A stretch of DNA of 64,000 nucleotides from a virus (lineage: Duplodnaviria; Caudoviricetes), in IMG/VR virus record IMGVR_UViG_3300033121_002193, positions 71,486 to 135,485 of that record; one strand, given 5' to 3'. Below, piece after piece: positions 56,218 through 64,000 of this stretch (position 1 is the stretch's first letter; each line of letters begins with the position of its first letter). Made by a program: the position numbers and the translations under genes. The notes under the pieces are model-generated. The model worked only from the letters and a program-made list of their open reading frames with translations. It did not search any database and was not told the origin of the DNA.

Positions 56218-57627
56218 ATGACAAATATTCAGATATTAAGCCTAAACTCGAAAGCACAATCTTCTGTTATTGGATGGATAATAAAATCACAGGAATTTGC
56301 TTATAAATGCAAACAATTTATAAAAGCAGAAATGTTCAATGATTCGTATCACCAACAGATTTATACAAAGACAATTGAATTTTTAAACGAATACAAAATA
56401 TCTCCATCTATAGAAAGTTTATCTAATGTTTTTTATCTAAATAAAGAGTATACTATTTTTAAGCAAAAAATTTATGATTGTGAAGCCCAAACAAAAAATT
56501 TCCCTTTATCTTATTTATCAAAAGAAATAAATACGTGGATTCAATTAAATATTTATAAAAAATCTTTACACAAATCAATAGAAGCATATCAAAAAAATCA
56601 AGACGAAATACTGAAAGTTGTTTTTAATAAAACATTAGAAGAAATTTCAACAGTAAAATTTAATGGAAATTTAGAATATCAATTTGGTAATCCTCTAGAA
56701 GATTTAGAACTAAGTAATAAACAAAAACAAAACTCAGTTACAACCGGATTGAAAGAACTTGATAATTTACTAGGTGGTGGTTTATTTAAAGGAGATCACA
56801 CAGTTTTGATTGCCCCATCAAACAGTGGTAAAACAACAGTTTGTATTAATTTTGTTTATCATAATATAATGCAAAATAAATACTGTTTGTTTTTAACACA
56901 TGAAATGACAGCAAATACTATTGTCAATCGTATTCGTCAAAGAATGCTATATAAAACATATCCTGATTATTTGCAAATGATTTCAAATTCACAAGAACTA
57001 GAAAAAGAACTTTTATTAAAATGTGAATCTAAATTAATTAAATATTTAACTTATATACCATACAACAAAGCTGGTGGAATGTATGTAGAAGATATTGTTG
57101 ATATTATAAAACAAAAAAACATAGAATTATTTAACAAAGAAGGAAAATACTACGATTTAATAATAGATGATTATCCTGGAAAATTAGTATCACAAACCAT
57201 GAAAAATTACAAGGAAATTAGACATAGCTTGCGTTTTGTATACGAACAATTTCATCAAATGGCATTAGAATTTAATTGTCATGCTGTTTCCCCTGTACAA
57301 ACAAATAGAGATGGATATAAACGAAATAAAAATAGAGAAAAAAACGATGATTTTTTAGGCGGAGAAGATATCGGGGAATCTTTTGCTATTGTACAAGATG
57401 CAGATAATGCTATTACTATAAATAGATCCGTAGAAGATCAAAATAATGAAATAATGACATTTTTTATTGATAAAACAAGAAACAGCTCATCTAGAAATGC
57501 ATTGGAAGTAAAAACCGATTTTTCTAGATGCATTTCGCATGATCAGCGTTTGCAAGATAATTATTTAACAAATAAACCGAAAGATGAAAATAATACTAAA
57601 AAAAAATTACTAGATATGTTAAAGTAA
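56218..57627 (+). CDS. dnaB: DnaB-like replicative helicase
   Basis: TTGLKELD.LLGGG, APSNSGKTT, IDDY, QTNR and QDAD motifs. Confidence 0.92.
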   Translation: MTNIQILSLNSKAQSSVIGWIIKSQEFAYKCKQFIKAEMFNDSYHQQIYTKTIEFLNEYKISPSIESLSNVFYLNKEYTIFKQKIYDCEAQTKNFPLSYLSKEINTWIQLNIYKKSLHKSIEAYQKNQDEILKVVFNKTLEEISTVKFNGNLEYQFGNPLEDLELSNKQKQNSVTTGLKELDNLLGGGLFKGDHTVLIAPSNSGKTTVCINFVYHNIMQNKYCLFLTHEMTANTIVNRIRQRMLYKTYPDYLQMISNSQELEKELLLKCESKLIKYLTYIPYNKAGGMYVEDIVDIIKQKNIELFNKEGKYYDLIIDDYPGKLVSQTMKNYKEIRHSLRFVYEQFHQMALEFNCHAVSPVQTNRDGYKRNKNREKNDDFLGGEDIGESFAIVQDADNAITINRSVEDQNNEIMTFFIDKTRNSSSRNALEVKTDFSRCISHDQRLQDNYLTNKPKDENNTKKKLLDMLK

Positions 57628-57632
57628 GAATT

Positions 57633-57893
57633 GTGATTTTAGAAAAAAAACATATTTATTATTTTGTAATAATTTTATTGTTGTTTTTTGTAGGATTTTA
57701 TTGCTATAAAGTATATATATCCAAAATAACTATTTTGGATATATATACTAACCATGAAAAAATCAAAGAAAAGGTTATTGATTTGAAAATAGAAGAAGAA
57801 AAACTTAAGCAAAAAAAAGAAGATTTGAATAATATTGAATATATTAATCCTGATAAAGATATGCTTTTAAAATTTTTTAACAATGTAAAATGA
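57633..57893 (+). CDS. TM + coiled-coil protein (spanin-like?)
   Basis: N-terminal TM helix followed by a charged coil. Confidence 0.4.
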   Translation: MILEKKHIYYFVIILLLFFVGFYCYKVYISKITILDIYTNHEKIKEKVIDLKIEEEKLKQKKEDLNNIEYINPDKDMLLKFFNNVK

Positions 57894-58312
57894 AAATATT
57901 AACTTTTTTAATTATTATTTTTTATAGCTTTAATTTATGTGCAGATAGTAGCATTTTTTTAAAGAAAAATGACTTGGCACCATTTTCTGGTTTTTTAATA
58001 ACCGAAGAAACCGCAAATAAATTATATGAAAAAAATTATGACTATAAAATACTTGAACAAAAAAACGCAATAAATGAAAAAATAATAGAAAACAAAGATA
58101 ATCAAATTAATTTACTGAATCAAGATAATAAAAATTTATCAGCTGCTATGATGGATTCGCAAAAAAAACAGCAATTAGTTCTTGGTTTGACAATAGCAGG
58201 AGTGGTTGTTGGAATGGTCTTGATTACTTTTGCTGTTGGTTATGCAATAAAAACAACACAAAATATAGAAATAAAATCATCAACTTCTAATTTGCCAGGC
58301 ATTAATTTTTAA
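57890..58312 (+). CDS. membrane protein (signal peptide, coiled coil, C-terminal TM)
   Basis: Hydropathy pattern; 4-bp overlap with the previous ORF. Confidence 0.5.
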   Translation: MKILTFLIIIFYSFNLCADSSIFLKKNDLAPFSGFLITEETANKLYEKNYDYKILEQKNAINEKIIENKDNQINLLNQDNKNLSAAMMDSQKKQQLVLGLTIAGVVVGMVLITFAVGYAIKTTQNIEIKSSTSNLPGINF

Positions 58313-58313
58313 T

Positions 58314-59768
58314 ATGCAAATAGTACAAGATACAGCTGCGTTTATTAAGTTTTATAATTTAACAGATGAAGAGTTTAATTTTTTAAATGAAAAACTTCAA
58401 TATAAAGACTTAAGCAATCAATACAAATATTTAACCGCAAAAAACAGATCTTACCAGTGGCAAAATGATTCTGCCACGTGGCATCAATATGTAAATGATT
58501 TAAAAAACTCAATTATTCAGTGTTTATTAAAGCAAAAAAAAGATTACGTTTACACCTATTCAGGATTAAAAGAGATAATCTTTGAAAATCTAAAGTTTTT
58601 TCATTACGAATATACATATGAAAATAAAATCAAATATCCGGAATTTGAAAATTTACCTTATGATATTCACTACAAACCTCTTAAATTGTATAAATATCAA
58701 GAAGAAGCAATTGACGCTTTATTACAAAATCCTCATTCTTGTATTGAATTACCTACAGGATCCGGTAAACAATTTGTTATCGAAAATTTAGTTAAAAGAA
58801 CCGGTTTGCCATCTTTAATTGTTGTTCCGTCAAAATCAATTGCTTATCAATTTTATCATGGATTTATAGAAGCTTTTGGAAAAAAATATGTTGGATTGTT
58901 TGGCGATGGTAAAAAAGAATACAAAAAACACATTGTTATAGGAATTTCAGACTCTATATCTTTAATAGAAGATGATACAGAAGCCTATGATGTTTTAAGT
59001 AAAAAATCTTGCTTGATTTTTGATGAATCACATTTAGTTGGGGCTCCTACAGTTGCTTCTATTGCCGCTGGAATTGGCGCAAATATTCCGTATAGATGGT
59101 CAGTAAGCGCAACTCAATTAAGAATAGATGGAAAAGATCTTTTGCTTTCTGGAATTATTGGGAAAATAGTCTATTTAAAAAGTTTTAGAGAATTAGTAGA
59201 AATAGGAGCTTTGGCTGATTTACATTTTCATATTTACAATGTTAATTCTCCAATTAATTATCATTCGAGTAATCCGTCAAATATAATGAGGCGTCATCAT
59301 TTATTTAATGAAACAATTTTAAATTTAGCAGCAAAAATAGCGAATTTAAAATATCAGCAGAATGAAAGCACTTTGATTCTTATCGATGAAATAAAACAGA
59401 TGGATATTTTAAAAAACTATTTAACAGTACCTTATGAATTTGCACATGCAGATTCAGATATTGATTCAATGGTAAATAATTTTAACAACAAAAAAACACT
59501 GTTATTAATTGGAACAAAAGCCATTAATACTGGAACAAATACAAAACCAGTTCAAAATTTGATTTTATTGATTAGTGGAAAATCTACTATAAAATATAAG
59601 CAAGGGCTAGGTAGAGGAACAAGAATCTATCCAGGAAAAACACACTGCAATGTCATTGACTTTAATGTTTACAATATAGATATTTGTGGCAAGCATTTTA
59701 AAGAAAGACTTGGTTTATATCAAGAATTATCTCCATTTATAAAAATACACGATCTGACTAGCAAATAA
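58314..59768 (+). CDS. SF2 DExH helicase (UvsW-like)
   Basis: YQEEA, PTGSGK, DESH, SAT and QGLGRGTR motifs. Confidence 0.92.
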   Translation: MQIVQDTAAFIKFYNLTDEEFNFLNEKLQYKDLSNQYKYLTAKNRSYQWQNDSATWHQYVNDLKNSIIQCLLKQKKDYVYTYSGLKEIIFENLKFFHYEYTYENKIKYPEFENLPYDIHYKPLKLYKYQEEAIDALLQNPHSCIELPTGSGKQFVIENLVKRTGLPSLIVVPSKSIAYQFYHGFIEAFGKKYVGLFGDGKKEYKKHIVIGISDSISLIEDDTEAYDVLSKKSCLIFDESHLVGAPTVASIAAGIGANIPYRWSVSATQLRIDGKDLLLSGIIGKIVYLKSFRELVEIGALADLHFHIYNVNSPINYHSSNPSNIMRRHHLFNETILNLAAKIANLKYQQNESTLILIDEIKQMDILKNYLTVPYEFAHADSDIDSMVNNFNNKKTLLLIGTKAINTGTNTKPVQNLILLISGKSTIKYKQGLGRGTRIYPGKTHCNVIDFNVYNIDICGKHFKERLGLYQELSPFIKIHDLTSK

Positions 59769-59831
59769 TTAAAAACTTGTGGTTTAGTTGATTTCTAAAT
59801 AAAGTTTTGATATCTTAATAGCTGAGGATAT

Positions 59832-60257
59832 ATGACAAAATCTGTGTATCTTTGCATAGAAATTTTTCACAAAAAATCAGGGGAAATTATCGTTCCTGAG
59901 CTATTATATGAATTTTATTTTAATGCCAGTTATTTATTGTCAGGCTATTATTTTCAACATCAACAATACGAACCAATTTCTTATGAAAAAGGGCTTCCAT
60001 TAGATTTTTCAGCAAAAATTTTTTATACTGATAAAGTATTCAAAAAGGCTTTTTTTAAACATAAGAAAAATAAATATTTCATAGGAGAACATGGTTTTTC
60101 TTATATTACATTAGCAGAATTTTTAAATTATCAATTTATCGAAAAAAACAATAATACTTTTATTACAAAAAGCTTAATTCCTTTGTTGCAAAACATAAAA
60201 AAACAATACCTGCTTAGTGATAGTCAGATTAGAATTGTATTAGGATTTGACTTTTAA
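59832..60257 (+). CDS. conserved phage hypothetical protein (paralog of 16725..17192)
   Basis: LLSGY...EPISY.KGLPLDFS...EHGFSYITLAE...QIRIVLGFD. Confidence 0.65.
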   Translation: MTKSVYLCIEIFHKKSGEIIVPELLYEFYFNASYLLSGYYFQHQQYEPISYEKGLPLDFSAKIFYTDKVFKKAFFKHKKNKYFIGEHGFSYITLAEFLNYQFIEKNNNTFITKSLIPLLQNIKKQYLLSDSQIRIVLGFDF

Positions 60258-60272
60258 GAACAAGAGAAATTT

Positions 60273-63200
60273 ATGAATTTTGATGAAATAAAAAAAATAT
60301 TACCAGAGAATTATGTCAAAAGATTAGAACACGAGTTAGACGTTATTGTAAATAACGAAATAAAAGATTTTATGCCTTATTTTATAACGTTAGCTGATAT
60401 TGTAAAAGAGGCAAAAAAAAACGGAATTATGGTAGGGCCAGGGCGTGGATGTTTGTTGCCAGATGTGCCTATTTATACTCAAGAACATGGATTCATTAAC
60501 ATAAAAGATGTAAAAACAAATGATACAGTAATTACACATACGGGAAGTTTAAAAAAAGTAAAAAACACTTTTGAATATGATTATGATGATAATGTTTGCG
60601 AGATAAATATTTTTGGAAATAATACGAAGACTTTAAGGGTTACGCCTGACCACAAGATATATACGAAGAAAAATAATGTTGTTCAGTGGAAAAAAGCAGA
60701 AGATGTTTCATCTGATGATTTTGTTTTTATTCCAAAAATACCTATTAATAATGACACTATAAAAGAGTTAGATTTAAAAACTATTTTATTTGACAAAAAC
60801 AAAAATAAATACAAATACAATAATGAACACTTGTATTACTACAAGAAAAATCTCAAAAAAAGTAAATTTTCATGTAGTAATATAATTGCAGTATCAAAGT
60901 TAGAAAAAAAATTCATTTATCATTTTGTTTATGAGCCTGAAACTGTTAGTTTGAAAATTTTATATGTATTATATAAAATAGCAAAAAATTCAAAACTATC
61001 TGGTCTTCACGAATTAAGACAAAAGATGCGCGAACATAGTTTTAAACAAGTATGTTTAAACAGAAAAATCCCAATAAATAAAGAATTTTCTTATTTGTTG
61101 GGATTTATAAATGGTTGCATGTCTATTGTTAATAAAAGCCATGTTGATTTTAGTATTTATTGGCAAAAAAAAGAAGATTTATTTGAAAAACTATTTAAAG
61201 ATGTTTTCAATGTCGATTTATCTATTTCTTATTTGAAAAATGGAAACTATTCTTATATTGTTTCTTGTTGTGCCATATTAGATTTATTTGAATATCTCTT
61301 TGATAAAAATTACAAGATAAAAACAAAATTAACTTATTTAGTTAGCGAATTTAATGAAGATAACTTAAAGAATTTTTTAGCGGGCTTTATGTATGGGTCA
61401 AAATACGGAACGAAGCTAAACAATAAAATATCTGTTTATTCACAAAAATGTGCACATGATTTACGTATTTTATTGTGGAAACTGCAAATACCACATGAAA
61501 TAAAAGAAATAAAAAAAACAAGATATAGAATTTTTGAATTAACTTTGTTTTTTACAGAAAATGAAAATTATGAAAAAACAGCAGATGGAATGTGGGTACG
61601 AGTTTTAAATGTTGCTAAATTTAAGGAAAAAAGCAAAATTTACGATTTAGAAGTAGAAGATGATCATAGTTTCTTAACGTCTAGTGGAATTGTTCATAAC
61701 TCTGCTGGAGGTTCTCTTGTTGCTTATTTACTTGGAATTACTGAAATAGATCCTATTCAGTATGACATTCCTTTCTCTAGATTTTTATCAAAATCAAGAT
61801 TAAAAAAATCAGTACCAGATATTGATGTTGATTTTGAAGTAAACTCTAATAATCCTAAATTGCATAGAGATTTTATTAATGAATATATTTTTAATAAATA
61901 TGGAGAAAAAGCCGCTCAAATTGCTACATTTGGCATGTTAAAGTTGAAAAACAGTTTACAAGATTCTTTTAGAATTCATGTAGTTCAGCCAACTGAGAAC
62001 AAAATACAGAAGCTATATAAAGAAACAAAAAAAAATGAAGCTGAGGTTTTGGAAAATTGGTTGAAAACAGAAAGATTTGAATTTGATTCTGTTAGAAAAA
62101 ATTTTGGCAAAATGCCTGCTGGAATAAGCGATTTAGAATGGTTAGTTGGATATAATCAAGATGAAATTTTTTATCCAGGATTATTAGAAACAAATAATAT
62201 TTTTGCAAAATGGGCAGAAAAATATCCACAGGTAATTGAAACGGCAAAATTATTACTAGGAATTCCAAGAAATATAGGAAAGCATGCGGCTGGAATCGTA
62301 ATTGCAGATAGGTCGATATTTGAACTGTGTGGAGTAATGAAAATTGATGGAAAAAATGTTATTTCTTATAATAAAAAAGATGTATCAAAACTTGGATTGA
62401 TAAAAAATGACAATTTAGGATTAACTTGTTTAAATTTCATTGGAGACACATTAAGACAATTAAAGAAAAAAGGAATAGAATTAGATCCATGGGATCTACC
62501 AGAATCAAAAAAAGTATTTGAAAGCTTTTTAGATGGAAAGTGTTTAACTATTTTTCAGCATGAAACTACAGGCGGTGCAAATTTTGTTAAGAAGTTAAAT
62601 CCAAAAACAAAAGAAGATCTTTTTGTTTCTGTTGCTTTAAATAGACCTGGTGCATTAGATGCAAAAATAAAAATATCTACCGGCGAAGAATTATGTGCAG
62701 CCGATGTTTTTGTAAAAAGAAAAAACAAAGAAATTCCTGTAGAATATATTCATTCAGATTTAGAAAACATTTTGAAAAATTCTTATGGAGTTTATGTTTT
62801 TCAAGAGCAGGTCATGCTTTCTTTACAATTATTACTAGGATATACTGAAGAAGAATCAGACGCAATAAGATCTGCCATTTCTGACAAAAACATACAAGTT
62901 TTTGAAGAAGTAAAAAATAGACTTTATTTACTTAAAAAAAGAAATTGGTCAGATGAACAAATCAATACATTTTTTCAACAAATAGTTGCATTTTCAGGAT
63001 ATGCTTTTAACAAAGCACATGCTTGCGCATATGGACTTTTGGCTTATACAACCGCTTATTTGAAGTTTTACTATCCACTTGAATGGTGGGCTGCTGTTTT
63101 ATCAAATAGTAACCCAGATGAAGTAATAGAAAAATATTGGCAAGAAATAAATTTTTTTGTAGAACAACCAAACATAAATTTAAGCAAAAAGTATTATATT

Positions 63201-64000
63201 ATTGATAACAATAAATTAATACCACCATTAAATTTGATAAAAAATATAGGGGAAAAAGCTTTAGATGAAATTTCTAGCAAAGCTCCATTCTCTAATTTTG
63301 ATGATTTTTATTTGAGAATAAATAAAAGAACAGTAAATAAAAAAGTAATTTTAAACTTATTAGAATCAGGATCTTTAAATTGTCTATTTTCAAATCAGAT
63401 TAAATTACATGAAAAGAAAAGAATATTTTTTGAATTAAAGATGAATTATGAGAAAAAGAAAAAAATAGATGCAACAGAAGAGGAATTAAAAGAATTAAAT
63501 GATTATGAAGAATATTTGCTTGCAAAAGAAGTTTTGCCAATATCTACATTATTGTTGTCTAAGTCAATATTAAATTCAAGCAATATAAATCGTCCATTTG
63601 TAAATGTACAATACTACACAGATGATTTTAAAATAATAAATATAAATTCATTAAGAGGAACATTGCCATTAGTAAGTGGAAACAAATTGCAATTTATTGT
63701 AGATAATATTCAAAATTATGAAAATTTATTTATTGAAATATGTTGTTATGGATATGTTTTAGAAATTAGACAGTTTAATTATTTTTCAAAAACTTGCAAC
63801 ATGAACAAAATAGGAGTTGATATTTCAATTTCTTTTGATAATTTTATTCAAAAAATTTTATTGTGGCCAAATAAAGCTGAAACTATTTCGAAAATATCGG
63901 CTTATATCAAAGAAAAACAAGCATTTTTGTTTAAACTAAAAATAGACAAACAGAAAAAAATATTTATTACAGGAATTGAAGAAATTAGTAAAAAATATTA
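60273..64000 (+). CDS. dnaE: DNA polymerase III alpha catalytic part without PHP domain, intein-containing; runs to the window edge
   Basis: RLEHEL, GPGRG|intein|SAGGSLVAYLLGIT, PDIDVDF, GKHAAG, KNDNLGL, FQEQ and FNKAHA motifs; missing from the ORF track because the stop is beyond 64000. Confidence 0.95.
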   Translation, partial: MNFDEIKKILPENYVKRLEHELDVIVNNEIKDFMPYFITLADIVKEAKKNGIMVGPGRGCLLPDVPIYTQEHGFINIKDVKTNDTVITHTGSLKKVKNTFEYDYDDNVCEINIFGNNTKTLRVTPDHKIYTKKNNVVQWKKAEDVSSDDFVFIPKIPINNDTIKELDLKTILFDKNKNKYKYNNEHLYYYKKNLKKSKFSCSNIIAVSKLEKKFIYHFVYEPETVSLKILYVLYKIAKNSKLSGLHELRQKMREHSFKQVCLNRKIPINKEFSYLLGFINGCMSIVNKSHVDFSIYWQKKEDLFEKLFKDVFNVDLSISYLKNGNYSYIVSCCAILDLFEYLFDKNYKIKTKLTYLVSEFNEDNLKNFLAGFMYGSKYGTKLNNKISVYSQKCAHDLRILLWKLQIPHEIKEIKKTRYRIFELTLFFTENENYEKTADGMWVRVLNVAKFKEKSKIYDLEVEDDHSFLTSSGIVHNSAGGSLVAYLLGITEIDPIQYDIPFSRFLSKSRLKKSVPDIDVDFEVNSNNPKLHRDFINEYIFNKYGEKAAQIATFGMLKLKNSLQDSFRIHVVQPTENKIQKLYKETKKNEAEVLENWLKTERFEFDSVRKNFGKMPAGISDLEWLVGYNQDEIFYPGLLETNNIFAKWAEKYPQVIETAKLLLGIPRNIGKHAAGIVIADRSIFELCGVMKIDGKNVISYNKKDVSKLGLIKNDNLGLTCLNFIGDTLRQLKKKGIELDPWDLPESKKVFESFLDGKCLTIFQHETTGGANFVKKLNPKTKEDLFVSVALNRPGALDAKIKISTGEELCAADVFVKRKNKEIPVEYIHSDLENILKNSYGVYVFQEQVMLSLQLLLGYTEEESDAIRSAISDKNIQVFEEVKNRLYLLKKRNWSDEQINTFFQQIVAFSGYAFNKAHACAYGLLAYTTAYLKFYYPLEWWAAVLSNSNPDEVIEKYWQEINFFVEQPNINLSKKYYIIDNNKLIPPLNLIKNIGEKALDEISSKAPFSNFDDFYLRINKRTVNKKVILNLLESGSLNCLFSNQIKLHEKKRIFFELKMNYEKKKKIDATEEELKELNDYEEYLLAKEVLPISTLLLSKSILNSSNINRPFVNVQYYTDDFKIININSLRGTLPLVSGNKLQFIVDNIQNYENLFIEICCYGYVLEIRQFNYFSKTCNMNKIGVDISISFDNFIQKILLWPNKAETISKISAYIKEKQAFLFKLKIDKQKKIFITGIEEISKKY
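60450..61700 (+). mobile_element. intein (417 aa) with degenerate LAGLIDADG region
   Basis: CLLPDV start, VTPDHKI, YDLEVEDDHSF, IVHN followed by Ser; FSYLLGFING and EFLAGFMYG motifs. Confidence 0.93.

Noticed and set aside
1-64000. Stop-codon reassignment (alternative genetic code)
   Set aside because: Core genes are long and intact in the standard code, TAA/TAG/TGA all act as stops, and no suppressor tRNA is present.

Overview
Very AT-rich 64-kb segment of a large tailed dsDNA phage genome read in the standard genetic code. About 1-19.8 kb (+ strand) is an accessory/early region. It contains five copies of a ~110-bp promoter + stem-loop + leader repeat driving cassettes of MORN-like and pentapeptide-repeat genes, a thermonuclease, tRNA-Asn, caspase-like and matrixin-like proteases, two copies of an isolated DarG C-terminal domain, IS3 and GNAT remnants, DUF262 and a GMP reductase. 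About 19.85-50.9 kb (- strand) holds an SPO1/Twort-like head module (major capsid, scaffold, protease, intein-containing gpF-like protein, portal, TerL), plus SbcD/SbcC, a sigma-like protein, a stand-alone DnaE PHP domain, ThyX, RNA ligase, class II RNR, RuvC, SSB and GroEL. About 51.1-64 kb (+ strand) holds an M15 peptidase, RecA, primase, DnaB and SF2 helicases, and an intein-containing DnaE core that lacks its PHP domain. The most notable observations are: (1) a recombinogenic promoter-cassette array of shuffled repeat proteins; (2) captured toxin-binding antitoxin domains without cognate toxins (DarG-CTD x2, MbcA/Xre-like), suggesting an antitoxin-decoy anti-defence arsenal; (3) a dnaE split into two genes 23 kb apart on opposite strands; (4) a possibly bipartite sigma factor with a candidate CTTAATCT late promoter. 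All functional calls come from motifs recognised by eye; no database searches were run.
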